This document shows positions 38,853-50,559 of a DNA stretch of 64,000 nucleotides, one piece after another; the stretch's first letter is position 1; each line of letters opens with the position of its first letter. The position numbers were made by a program, and so were the translations under genes. The stretch is from positions 16,432,001 through 16,496,000 of the forward strand of contig OZ076409.1 in the NCBI GenBank assembly GCA_964187785.1, given 5' to 3'. The stretch comes from Amphiscolops sp. MND2022. Its lineage: Eukaryota. The notes under the pieces were generated by a model. The model was not told the origin of the DNA, did no database searches, and saw nothing but the letters and a program-made list of their open reading frames with translations.

Positions 38853-41800
38853 CGACGCCCAACATTGTTAGTTTCAATTGTAGGGGTCTTGGCAATCCCT
38901 TGAAACTCACAAGCCTAATTGCAAATACTGACATCAACAATGACGTCATTGCAATTCAAGAAACTAAAATGAAAAAACTAAAGAAAAAACATTTGAAAAT
39001 ACTCGAGTCCTACGACATGAATTACGTAATCAGCCCATGCGACAAATCAAAAGCGGGCGGCCTGCTGCTTTTGTTCAAAGCAAAACATAACGTAGAGTTG
39101 GTTACCCAAAACAAGTCTTTTCAAATTATAAAGATGTCAAACCAAGCCACTGAAACAAAGATGGCCAATGTTTACATATGCCCCAGCTGGAGTATAAGCA
39201 AAATCAATGAAGAACTTGAAGACCTGAAACTCAACTTGGAATCAAAGCATCTCAGGCATATTGAACCATGTGTAATAGTTGGTGACTTGAATTGTTTCGA
39301 TGACGTCACAAGAAACAAACATCCTCAATATGCAAAACACAAAGTTATACTGAAAGCGTTTGAAAAAATGGGCTTGATGGACATGGCAGTGAAGCTTGAG
39401 AATATCGAGAACACACACTTCGCGCCAGCCCAAAAACCATCGCGCCTGGATTATATCTTCTCAAATGTTGTGAGTCAGAAACAAGAAATCAGAACGATCA
39501 AGACATGCTTCTCAGATCACCGAATTTTGCGCCTGTCAAGCAAGCATAAGGCCGAGCAAGGTCAAAAGATCTTTAGAATGGATGACACAACTGTTGATGA
39601 AAACGTCAAAACCCTGAAAACGCTGATTTCACAAACAAATGGCTTGACCGGTGAACAGCTAGCGAATGATGCGTATCTCACAATGAAAAATGAGATTTCC
39701 AACTTTCTAAGACAAGCTAGCATATGGAGAGCAAGAAATAACAAAGACAGACTGCTCAAGGGGCCCGACGCAGAAGCTGAGCAGAATCTTGCAAAAAGAA
39801 TGCTAGCAGCAGTGAAGGTCAAATGCACTGACCTGAATGAAGGAAACTTGAAGATTGTTAAAAAGTACTGCTCTGACAATGCAAACAACCAAAGCAACGC
39901 GATCAAGAAGCTGAAAACACAGAAAGATCGAATTGTCTCAAGTGAGAATGAGATCATAGATGAAGTTACAAAGTACTACAGTAAGCTCTACGCCAACGAA
40001 CCAATTGATGAGAAGAAACAAGAGTGCCTCATCACAAACTTCAAAAAACAGATCTCTGAAGATGAAAGAGAACGTCTAACTCAGCAAATCACCCTAGACG
40101 AGATCAAAAATGCGATTGACAATCTGAACAAAGAAAGCGCGCCAGGCCCAGATGGACTAACCCCAAAACTGTTTCAAACGTTCAAGGAAGAATTCAGTCT
40201 TATGTTTCAAAAGATGTTTGAACATGCTGCAGACGGTAACAACTTACCAATGGCATTCAACCAAGCCTTCATTAGACTACTTCCGAAAAGTGGTGATCTG
40301 ACAACATTGAAGAACTGGAGACCAATAAGCCTGATCAACACTGACAGCAAGATTTTTTCAGCAGTAATTGCAAACCGAATGAAAAGTAGCCTCCGCGAAA
40401 TCATCCACCCAGATCAATGCGCATATTTGAAAGGCAGACAAATGTCAAACGCCACACTGCTACTAAAATCTCTGTGCACAAACAAAAGAATGAAAAAAAC
40501 TTTGACACTAGCTGGACTCGACTTCAGCAAAGCCTTCGACAGGGTAGATCGTTCGTACTTGCTGAAACTTATAAAACATGTGGGATTCCCTCCCAACATA
40601 TACAACATGATAGAGCAACTGTACAAAGATACACGATCTAACGTTCTAGTCAACTCCTTCATCACAAGACGAATACAGCAAGAAAGAGGAGTGAAACAAG
40701 GATGCCCAGTCTCAGCTCTTTTGTTCATCCTAGCTATTGAGCCATTGCTTGAACTACTGAGATCGTCATCGAGCCTGACTGGAATCGCAAAAGGAAAATT
40801 GAAGAAAAAAATCATTGCATATGCTGATGACGTCACAATGTTAGTTGAGAATGAAGAACAACTGAAGCAAGCAATTCAAACAGTTGAAGACTTTGGCAAA
40901 AGCACCCAATTCGCCTTGAACGCTGACAAAACGGAACAGTTTGACCTGAATCGAAGAAATGAAGATCAAAAGATCAAACTCCTCGGTTTGTATTTGTTCA
41001 GCAACCAAAAAAGTGAAAAGCAGCACTACCAGCAACAACTGATCCAAGAAAGCGAAAGAGCAAAGAAAGTGTGTAGACCATCAATGTCGATGAAAACTAA
41101 AAGTTGCGTCATGAAAGCCTTCGTAATGCCAAAAATAGTGTTCCATGCGAAAGCCTCAAACTGTGATCGAGCAACTTGGAAAAAAGTTCAACGAAACCTA
41201 AAACAAGGACTTCACAACAATAGGAGCAATCAGATTTCAGAACGCCTTCTTTTTCAAAGCACCAATGAAGGCGGTGTTGGCTTCCCATGCGTGAAGACCT
41301 ATGCAAGCACTTCTTTTCTGATGGATGTGTGGAGAGCAGTTTTCCACAATGACGATCACTTTATTGCACTCGAAATCAAAGAAGCAGTAGAAGACGAGAA
41401 AAGTTACGTTCACAGCAAACTGAAACAAATGAAAACGATAACGAAAGCGCGAGCGATAACTTTCAAGCGAGAACACATAGAGTTTGTGACAAGTGAAGGA
41501 CTAACAAAAATCCCTGCTACTTCAAAAGCAATATACGCCTTTGCAATCCGCCGACAGCATGCAGACTTCGTAGATGAAAGAATCATGAAAGCGGGATCAA
41601 AACTTCAAACAGCACCCCAACAACTTCTGTACACACTCAAAGCAATTTGGAGAAGCAACAAACTGAACCCTGTTCAACGAGACGTTTTCTATAATTTCAG
41701 TTTCAATCTTTACCGAGACAAAGTATTCCTCCATGCAGCTGGCTACAAGTCTGATGATGACTGTTTCCTTTGCGGAGCAAGTAAACAAACACATGAGCAT

Positions 41801-42016
41801 CTGATCCTAGATTGTCAAAAAACAAAGCAGATTGCTGAAACCCTTGGAATTCGCAGCATGAAAGATCTGTACCAGCAGGCAGAACAAGACACATGGAAAA
41901 AAGTGAGATTCGTAACAACTCTGCTCATATGTTCATGGACCGACAACAAGCAAGAAGTGGAACAAATGATTCACAACTTTCCCATCACTACCAAGCAAGT
42001 TGGCACAGTGGCTTAG
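38849..42016 (+). CDS. Retrotransposon ORF2p: APE-type endonuclease + reverse transcriptase + C-terminal CCHC zinc finger (1055 aa)
   Basis: APE motifs SFNCRGL, IQETK, GDLN, RLDYIF, SDH. RT motifs SAPGPDG, NWRPISL, LDFSKAFDRV, GVKQGCPVS, YADD. EGGVGFP motif and CFLCGASKQTHEHLILDC near the C-terminus, as in L1/Tx1 elements. Confidence 0.97.
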   Translation: MTTPNIVSFNCRGLGNPLKLTSLIANTDINNDVIAIQETKMKKLKKKHLKILESYDMNYVISPCDKSKAGGLLLLFKAKHNVELVTQNKSFQIIKMSNQATETKMANVYICPSWSISKINEELEDLKLNLESKHLRHIEPCVIVGDLNCFDDVTRNKHPQYAKHKVILKAFEKMGLMDMAVKLENIENTHFAPAQKPSRLDYIFSNVVSQKQEIRTIKTCFSDHRILRLSSKHKAEQGQKIFRMDDTTVDENVKTLKTLISQTNGLTGEQLANDAYLTMKNEISNFLRQASIWRARNNKDRLLKGPDAEAEQNLAKRMLAAVKVKCTDLNEGNLKIVKKYCSDNANNQSNAIKKLKTQKDRIVSSENEIIDEVTKYYSKLYANEPIDEKKQECLITNFKKQISEDERERLTQQITLDEIKNAIDNLNKESAPGPDGLTPKLFQTFKEEFSLMFQKMFEHAADGNNLPMAFNQAFIRLLPKSGDLTTLKNWRPISLINTDSKIFSAVIANRMKSSLREIIHPDQCAYLKGRQMSNATLLLKSLCTNKRMKKTLTLAGLDFSKAFDRVDRSYLLKLIKHVGFPPNIYNMIEQLYKDTRSNVLVNSFITRRIQQERGVKQGCPVSALLFILAIEPLLELLRSSSSLTGIAKGKLKKKIIAYADDVTMLVENEEQLKQAIQTVEDFGKSTQFALNADKTEQFDLNRRNEDQKIKLLGLYLFSNQKSEKQHYQQQLIQESERAKKVCRPSMSMKTKSCVMKAFVMPKIVFHAKASNCDRATWKKVQRNLKQGLHNNRSNQISERLLFQSTNEGGVGFPCVKTYASTSFLMDVWRAVFHNDDHFIALEIKEAVEDEKSYVHSKLKQMKTITKARAITFKREHIEFVTSEGLTKIPATSKAIYAFAIRRQHADFVDERIMKAGSKLQTAPQQLLYTLKAIWRSNKLNPVQRDVFYNFSFNLYRDKVFLHAAGYKSDDDCFLCGASKQTHEHLILDCQKTKQIAETLGIRSMKDLYQQAEQDTWKKVRFVTTLLICSWTDNKQEVEQMIHNFPITTKQVGTVA

Positions 42017-42107
42017 CCAAAGACCATGAGTCAAACAAACGAGGTTCGAACCTCTGACGGAACCAAGACACAAACATGAAAAAAACTCTTTTACCTTATT
42101 GTTTGAA

Positions 42108-42186
42108 AGGTAAGTATTCCAACCCTATTGATAAGTTTTATTTGAAAGCAGACTGCGAAAGTGGTCTGCTGCCCAATTTTTGAACA
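42108..42186 (+). pseudogene. Donor and intron part of the interrupted SL RNA gene
   Basis: AG|GTAAGT, stem-loop II and Sm site (42175-42183) are intact downstream of the element. Confidence 0.75.
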
Positions 42187-42304
42187 AGGAACAAGCTAGT
42201 CTGCACTAACTTAAAAGTTACGCGTATTTTGACCGAGAAAATTTTCGTATCATTGTACGTAATTTTGTTGTTAAGCATATAAAGCTATTGATTTTACAAT
42301 GATC

Positions 42305-42423
42305 GGCTACGACCATACCATGTTGAATGCACCGGTTCTCGTCCGATCACCGAAGTTAAACAACATAGGGCCTGGTTAGTACTTGGATGGGAGACCGCTT
42401 GGGAACACCAGGTGTTGTAGCCT
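42305..42423 (+). rRNA. 5S rRNA
   Basis: Copy of 399-517; intact gene of the retrotransposon-bearing unit. Confidence 0.97.
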
Positions 42424-43208
42424 TTTTTGTCAGAAATGTGGTTTAACTTCGGTGACAGTTTTGCAAAAGGGGTCAAATTGAAAAGATAGCACAAAACGGA
42501 CAACGCCATCAGAAAGAGCGTCCAAAAAAACCCCCATGCTGAAATTTTCGCCGCCATCACTTGAATTTTCATTGAGTTATGTCATTTTTACTATTTTCAC
42601 AAAATGTGGTTTAACTTCGGTGACAGTTTTGCAAAAGGGGTCAAAATGAACAGATAGCAAAAAACGGACAACGGCATTGGAAAGAGGGCCCAAAATTACC
42701 CCTAAAACGTGTTTTTCACACTCCTGAGTCGACTTTTGATAATACATGGAATTTCATTTTTAAGCTTACTAATTTATGCTTTTCAGCATACATTTTCGTA
42801 ATAGAGTCAAAATTTTGCTTTCTCACAATTTTTCTGGAATATTTTTGTTTCATCAGATGTCAATAACTTGAAACGTCGTCTTTTCATGAGAATTTCTCCT
42901 CAAAACAAGTTGTTGGCTGGTAATGGTAAGTCCGTACCGCAGATAGGAGTCTCGCGCTCCAAAAATTGACTCTTTGCTTTTAGCCTAATTGTTGTGATAA
43001 ACTTATTAAATAGGTAAGTATTCCAACCCTATTGATAAGTTTTATTTGAAAGCAGACTGCGAAAGTGGTCTGCTGCCCAATTTTTGAACAAGGAACAAGC
43101 TAGTCTGCACTAACTTAAAAGTTACGCGTATTTTGACCGAGAAAATTTTCGTATCATTGTACGTAATTTTGTTGTTAAGCATATAAAGCTATTGATTTTA
43201 CAATGATC

Positions 43209-43327
43209 GGCTACGACCATACCATGTTGAATGCACCGGTTCTCGTCCGATCACCGAAGTTAAACAACATAGGGCCTGGTTAGTACTTGGATGGGAGACC
43301 GCTTGGGAACACCAGGTGTTGTAGCCT
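43209..43327 (+). rRNA. 5S rRNA
   Basis: Copy of 399-517. Confidence 0.97.
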
Positions 43328-44112
43328 TTTTTGTCAGAAATGTGGTTTAACTTCGGTGACAGTTTTGCAAAAGGGGTCAAATTGAAAAGATAGCACAAAA
43401 CGGACAACGCCATCAGAAAGAGCGTCCAAAAAAACCCCCATGCTGAAATTTTCGCCGCCATCACTTGAATTTTCATTGAGTTATGTCATTTTTACTATTT
43501 TCACAAAATGTGGTTTAACTTCGGTGACAGTTTTGCAAAAGGGGTCAAAATGAACAGATAGCAAAAAACGGACAACGGCATTGGAAAGAGGGCCCAAAAT
43601 TACCCCTAAAACGTGTTTTTCACACTCCTGAGTCGACTTTTGATAATACATGGAATTTCATTTTTAAGCTTACTAATTTATGCTTTTCAGCATACATTTT
43701 CGTAATAGAGTCAAAATTTTGCTTTCTCACAATTTTTCTGGAATATTTTTGTTTCATCAGATGTCAATAACTTGAAACGTCGTCTTTTCATGAGAATTTC
43801 TCCTCAAAACAAGTTGTTGGCTGGTAATGGTAAGTCCGTACCGCAGATAGGAGTCTCGCGCTCCAAAAATTGACTCTTTGCTTTTAGCCTAATTGTTGTG
43901 ATAAACTTATTAAATAGGTAAGTATTCCAACCCTATTGATAAGTTTTATTTGAAAGCAGACTGCGAAAGTGGTCTGCTGCCCAATTTTTGAACAAGGAAC
44001 AAGCTAGTCTGCACTAACTTAAAAGTTACGCGTATTTTGACCGAGAAAATTTTCGTATCATTGTACGTAATTTTGTTGTTAAGCATATAAAGCTATTGAT
44101 TTTACAATGATC

Positions 44113-44231
44113 GGCTACGACCATACCATGTTGAATGCACCGGTTCTCGTCCGATCACCGAAGTTAAACAACATAGGGCCTGGTTAGTACTTGGATGGGA
44201 GACCGCTTGGGAACACCAGGTGTTGTAGCCT
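44113..44231 (+). rRNA. 5S rRNA
   Basis: Copy of 399-517. Confidence 0.97.
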
Positions 44232-45016
44232 TTTTTGTCAGAAATGTGGTTTAACTTCGGTGACAGTTTTGCAAAAGGGGTCAAATTGAAAAGATAGCAC
44301 AAAACGGACAACGCCATCAGAAAGAGCGTCCAAAAAAACCCCCATGCTGAAATTTTCGCCGCCATCACTTGAATTTTCATTGAGTTATGTCATTTTTACT
44401 ATTTTCACAAAATGTGGTTTAACTTCGGTGACAGTTTTGCAAAAGGGGTCAAAATGAACAGATAGCAAAAAACGGACAACGGCATTGGAAAGAGGGCCCA
44501 AAATTACCCCTAAAACGTGTTTTTCACACTCCTGAGTCGACTTTTGATAATACATGGAATTTCATTTTTAAGCTTACTAATTTATGCTTTTCAGCATACA
44601 TTTTCGTAATAGAGTCAAAATTTTGCTTTCTCACAATTTTTCTGGAATATTTTTGTTTCATCAGATGTCAATAACTTGAAACGTCGTCTTTTCATGAGAA
44701 TTTCTCCTCAAAACAAGTTGTTGGCTGGTAATGGTAAGTCCGTACCGCAGATAGGAGTCTCGCGCTCCAAAAATTGACTCTTTGCTTTTAGCCTAATTGT
44801 TGTGATAAACTTATTAAATAGGTAAGTATTCCAACCCTATTGATAAGTTTTATTTGAAAGCAGACTGCGAAAGTGGTCTGCTGCCCAATTTTTGAACAAG
44901 GAACAAGCTAGTCTGCACTAACTTAAAAGTTACGCGTATTTTGACCGAGAAAATTTTCGTATCATTGTACGTAATTTTGTTGTTAAGCATATAAAGCTAT
45001 TGATTTTACAATGATC

Positions 45017-45135
45017 GGCTACGACCATACCATGTTGAATGCACCGGTTCTCGTCCGATCACCGAAGTTAAACAACATAGGGCCTGGTTAGTACTTGGAT
45101 GGGAGACCGCTTGGGAACACCAGGTGTTGTAGCCT
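45017..45135 (+). rRNA. 5S rRNA
   Basis: Copy of 399-517. Confidence 0.97.
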
Positions 45136-45920
45136 TTTTTGTCAGAAATGTGGTTTAACTTCGGTGACAGTTTTGCAAAAGGGGTCAAATTGAAAAGATA
45201 GCACAAAACGGACAACGCCATCAGAAAGAGCGTCCAAAAAAACCCCCATGCTGAAATTTTCGCCGCCATCACTTGAATTTTCATTGAGTTATGTCATTTT
45301 TACTATTTTCACAAAATGTGGTTTAACTTCGGTGACAGTTTTGCAAAAGGGGTCAAAATGAACAGATAGCAAAAAACGGACAACGGCATTGGAAAGAGGG
45401 CCCAAAATTACCCCTAAAACGTGTTTTTCACACTCCTGAGTCGACTTTTGATAATACATGGAATTTCATTTTTAAGCTTACTAATTTATGCTTTTCAGCA
45501 TACATTTTCGTAATAGAGTCAAAATTTTGCTTTCTCACAATTTTTCTGGAATATTTTTGTTTCATCAGATGTCAATAACTTGAAACGTCGTCTTTTCATG
45601 AGAATTTCTCCTCAAAACAAGTTGTTGGCTGGTAATGGTAAGTCCGTACCGCAGATAGGAGTCTCGCGCTCCAAAAATTGACTCTTTGCTTTTAGCCTAA
45701 TTGTTGTGATAAACTTATTAAATAGGTAAGTATTCCAACCCTATTGATAAGTTTTATTTGAAAGCAGACTGCGAAAGTGGTCTGCTGCCCAATTTTTGAA
45801 CAAGGAACAAGCTAGTCTGCACTAACTTAAAAGTTACGCGTATTTTGACCGAGAAAATTTTCGTATCATTGTACGTAATTTTGTTGTTAAGCATATAAAG
45901 CTATTGATTTTACAATGATC

Positions 45921-46039
45921 GGCTACGACCATACCATGTTGAATGCACCGGTTCTCGTCCGATCACCGAAGTTAAACAACATAGGGCCTGGTTAGTACTT
46001 GGATGGGAGACCGCTTGGGAACACCAGGTGTTGTAGCCT
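45921..46039 (+). rRNA. 5S rRNA
   Basis: Copy of 399-517. Confidence 0.97.
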
Positions 46040-46824
46040 TTTTTGTCAGAAATGTGGTTTAACTTCGGTGACAGTTTTGCAAAAGGGGTCAAATTGAAAA
46101 GATAGCACAAAACGGACAACGCCATCAGAAAGAGCGTCCAAAAAAACCCCCATGCTGAAATTTTCGCCGCCATCACTTGAATTTTCATTGAGTTATGTCA
46201 TTTTTACTATTTTCACAAAATGTGGTTTAACTTCGGTGACAGTTTTGCAAAAGGGGTCAAAATGAACAGATAGCAAAAAACGGACAACGGCATTGGAAAG
46301 AGGGCCCAAAATTACCCCTAAAACGTGTTTTTCACACTCCTGAGTCGACTTTTGATAATACATGGAATTTCATTTTTAAGCTTACTAATTTATGCTTTTC
46401 AGCATACATTTTCGTAATAGAGTCAAAATTTTGCTTTCTCACAATTTTTCTGGAATATTTTTGTTTCATCAGATGTCAATAACTTGAAACGTCGTCTTTT
46501 CATGAGAATTTCTCCTCAAAACAAGTTGTTGGCTGGTAATGGTAAGTCCGTACCGCAGATAGGAGTCTCGCGCTCCAAAAATTGACTCTTTGCTTTTAGC
46601 CTAATTGTTGTGATAAACTTATTAAATAGGTAAGTATTCCAACCCTATTGATAAGTTTTATTTGAAAGCAGACTGCGAAAGTGGTCTGCTGCCCAATTTT
46701 TGAACAAGGAACAAGCTAGTCTGCACTAACTTAAAAGTTACGCGTATTTTGACCGAGAAAATTTTCGTATCATTGTACGTAATTTTGTTGTTAAGCATAT
46801 AAAGCTATTGATTTTACAATGATC

Positions 46825-46943
46825 GGCTACGACCATACCATGTTGAATGCACCGGTTCTCGTCCGATCACCGAAGTTAAACAACATAGGGCCTGGTTAGT
46901 ACTTGGATGGGAGACCGCTTGGGAACACCAGGTGTTGTAGCCT
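46825..46943 (+). rRNA. 5S rRNA
   Basis: Copy of 399-517. Confidence 0.97.
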
Positions 46944-47728
46944 TTTTTGTCAGAAATGTGGTTTAACTTCGGTGACAGTTTTGCAAAAGGGGTCAAATTG
47001 AAAAGATAGCACAAAACGGACAACGCCATCAGAAAGAGCGTCCAAAAAAACCCCCATGCTGAAATTTTCGCCGCCATCACTTGAATTTTCATTGAGTTAT
47101 GTCATTTTTACTATTTTCACAAAATGTGGTTTAACTTCGGTGACAGTTTTGCAAAAGGGGTCAAAATGAACAGATAGCAAAAAACGGACAACGGCATTGG
47201 AAAGAGGGCCCAAAATTACCCCTAAAACGTGTTTTTCACACTCCTGAGTCGACTTTTGATAATACATGGAATTTCATTTTTAAGCTTACTAATTTATGCT
47301 TTTCAGCATACATTTTCGTAATAGAGTCAAAATTTTGCTTTCTCACAATTTTTCTGGAATATTTTTGTTTCATCAGATGTCAATAACTTGAAACGTCGTC
47401 TTTTCATGAGAATTTCTCCTCAAAACAAGTTGTTGGCTGGTAATGGTAAGTCCGTACCGCAGATAGGAGTCTCGCGCTCCAAAAATTGACTCTTTGCTTT
47501 TAGCCTAATTGTTGTGATAAACTTATTAAATAGGTAAGTATTCCAACCCTATTGATAAGTTTTATTTGAAAGCAGACTGCGAAAGTGGTCTGCTGCCCAA
47601 TTTTTGAACAAGGAACAAGCTAGTCTGCACTAACTTAAAAGTTACGCGTATTTTGACCGAGAAAATTTTCGTATCATTGTACGTAATTTTGTTGTTAAGC
47701 ATATAAAGCTATTGATTTTACAATGATC

Positions 47729-47847
47729 GGCTACGACCATACCATGTTGAATGCACCGGTTCTCGTCCGATCACCGAAGTTAAACAACATAGGGCCTGGT
47801 TAGTACTTGGATGGGAGACCGCTTGGGAACACCAGGTGTTGTAGCCT
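47729..47847 (+). rRNA. 5S rRNA
   Basis: Copy of 399-517. Confidence 0.97.
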
Positions 47848-48632
47848 TTTTTGTCAGAAATGTGGTTTAACTTCGGTGACAGTTTTGCAAAAGGGGTCAA
47901 ATTGAAAAGATAGCACAAAACGGACAACGCCATCAGAAAGAGCGTCCAAAAAAACCCCCATGCTGAAATTTTCGCCGCCATCACTTGAATTTTCATTGAG
48001 TTATGTCATTTTTACTATTTTCACAAAATGTGGTTTAACTTCGGTGACAGTTTTGCAAAAGGGGTCAAAATGAACAGATAGCAAAAAACGGACAACGGCA
48101 TTGGAAAGAGGGCCCAAAATTACCCCTAAAACGTGTTTTTCACACTCCTGAGTCGACTTTTGATAATACATGGAATTTCATTTTTAAGCTTACTAATTTA
48201 TGCTTTTCAGCATACATTTTCGTAATAGAGTCAAAATTTTGCTTTCTCACAATTTTTCTGGAATATTTTTGTTTCATCAGATGTCAATAACTTGAAACGT
48301 CGTCTTTTCATGAGAATTTCTCCTCAAAACAAGTTGTTGGCTGGTAATGGTAAGTCCGTACCGCAGATAGGAGTCTCGCGCTCCAAAAATTGACTCTTTG
48401 CTTTTAGCCTAATTGTTGTGATAAACTTATTAAATAGGTAAGTATTCCAACCCTATTGATAAGTTTTATTTGAAAGCAGACTGCGAAAGTGGTCTGCTGC
48501 CCAATTTTTGAACAAGGAACAAGCTAGTCTGCACTAACTTAAAAGTTACGCGTATTTTGACCGAGAAAATTTTCGTATCATTGTACGTAATTTTGTTGTT
48601 AAGCATATAAAGCTATTGATTTTACAATGATC

Positions 48633-48751
48633 GGCTACGACCATACCATGTTGAATGCACCGGTTCTCGTCCGATCACCGAAGTTAAACAACATAGGGCC
48701 TGGTTAGTACTTGGATGGGAGACCGCTTGGGAACACCAGGTGTTGTAGCCT
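48633..48751 (+). rRNA. 5S rRNA
   Basis: Copy of 399-517. Confidence 0.97.
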
Positions 48752-49536
48752 TTTTTGTCAGAAATGTGGTTTAACTTCGGTGACAGTTTTGCAAAAGGGG
48801 TCAAATTGAAAAGATAGCACAAAACGGACAACGCCATCAGAAAGAGCGTCCAAAAAAACCCCCATGCTGAAATTTTCGCCGCCATCACTTGAATTTTCAT
48901 TGAGTTATGTCATTTTTACTATTTTCACAAAATGTGGTTTAACTTCGGTGACAGTTTTGCAAAAGGGGTCAAAATGAACAGATAGCAAAAAACGGACAAC
49001 GGCATTGGAAAGAGGGCCCAAAATTACCCCTAAAACGTGTTTTTCACACTCCTGAGTCGACTTTTGATAATACATGGAATTTCATTTTTAAGCTTACTAA
49101 TTTATGCTTTTCAGCATACATTTTCGTAATAGAGTCAAAATTTTGCTTTCTCACAATTTTTCTGGAATATTTTTGTTTCATCAGATGTCAATAACTTGAA
49201 ACGTCGTCTTTTCATGAGAATTTCTCCTCAAAACAAGTTGTTGGCTGGTAATGGTAAGTCCGTACCGCAGATAGGAGTCTCGCGCTCCAAAAATTGACTC
49301 TTTGCTTTTAGCCTAATTGTTGTGATAAACTTATTAAATAGGTAAGTATTCCAACCCTATTGATAAGTTTTATTTGAAAGCAGACTGCGAAAGTGGTCTG
49401 CTGCCCAATTTTTGAACAAGGAACAAGCTAGTCTGCACTAACTTAAAAGTTACGCGTATTTTGACCGAGAAAATTTTCGTATCATTGTACGTAATTTTGT
49501 TGTTAAGCATATAAAGCTATTGATTTTACAATGATC

Positions 49537-49655
49537 GGCTACGACCATACCATGTTGAATGCACCGGTTCTCGTCCGATCACCGAAGTTAAACAACATAG
49601 GGCCTGGTTAGTACTTGGATGGGAGACCGCTTGGGAACACCAGGTGTTGTAGCCT
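49537..49655 (+). rRNA. 5S rRNA
   Basis: Copy of 399-517. Confidence 0.97.
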
Positions 49656-50440
49656 TTTTTGTCAGAAATGTGGTTTAACTTCGGTGACAGTTTTGCAAAA
49701 GGGGTCAAATTGAAAAGATAGCACAAAACGGACAACGCCATCAGAAAGAGCGTCCAAAAAAACCCCCATGCTGAAATTTTCGCCGCCATCACTTGAATTT
49801 TCATTGAGTTATGTCATTTTTACTATTTTCACAAAATGTGGTTTAACTTCGGTGACAGTTTTGCAAAAGGGGTCAAAATGAACAGATAGCAAAAAACGGA
49901 CAACGGCATTGGAAAGAGGGCCCAAAATTACCCCTAAAACGTGTTTTTCACACTCCTGAGTCGACTTTTGATAATACATGGAATTTCATTTTTAAGCTTA
50001 CTAATTTATGCTTTTCAGCATACATTTTCGTAATAGAGTCAAAATTTTGCTTTCTCACAATTTTTCTGGAATATTTTTGTTTCATCAGATGTCAATAACT
50101 TGAAACGTCGTCTTTTCATGAGAATTTCTCCTCAAAACAAGTTGTTGGCTGGTAATGGTAAGTCCGTACCGCAGATAGGAGTCTCGCGCTCCAAAAATTG
50201 ACTCTTTGCTTTTAGCCTAATTGTTGTGATAAACTTATTAAATAGGTAAGTATTCCAACCCTATTGATAAGTTTTATTTGAAAGCAGACTGCGAAAGTGG
50301 TCTGCTGCCCAATTTTTGAACAAGGAACAAGCTAGTCTGCACTAACTTAAAAGTTACGCGTATTTTGACCGAGAAAATTTTCGTATCATTGTACGTAATT
50401 TTGTTGTTAAGCATATAAAGCTATTGATTTTACAATGATC

Positions 50441-50559
50441 GGCTACGACCATACCATGTTGAATGCACCGGTTCTCGTCCGATCACCGAAGTTAAACAAC
50501 ATAGGGCCTGGTTAGTACTTGGATGGGAGACCGCTTGGGAACACCAGGTGTTGTAGCCT
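50441..50559 (+). rRNA. 5S rRNA
   Basis: Copy of 399-517. Confidence 0.97.

Larger units (their letters stand above)
37265..42107 (+). mobile_element. Apparently full-length non-LTR retrotransposon (L1 group, Tx1-like) inserted at the exon/intron junction of an SL RNA gene
   Basis: Non-array sequence between host ...CTTATTAAA (37264) and AGGTAAGTATTCC (42108). About 390-bp 5' UTR, two uninterrupted ORFs, 91-bp 3' UTR ending TTGTTTGAA, no poly(A). The unit interval is 5746 = 904 + 4842. Confidence 0.95.

Noticed and set aside
37703..41918. Short alternative-frame and antisense ORFs inside the retrotransposon
   Set aside because: Shadow ORFs of the A-rich ORF1/ORF2 coding strand, without domains.
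37265..42107. Classification as a 5S-gene-targeting (Mutsu-like) or R2/NeSL/CRE-type element
   Set aside because: The insertion is about 200 bp upstream of an intact 5S gene, and ORF2 has an N-terminal APE domain rather than a C-terminal restriction-like endonuclease.
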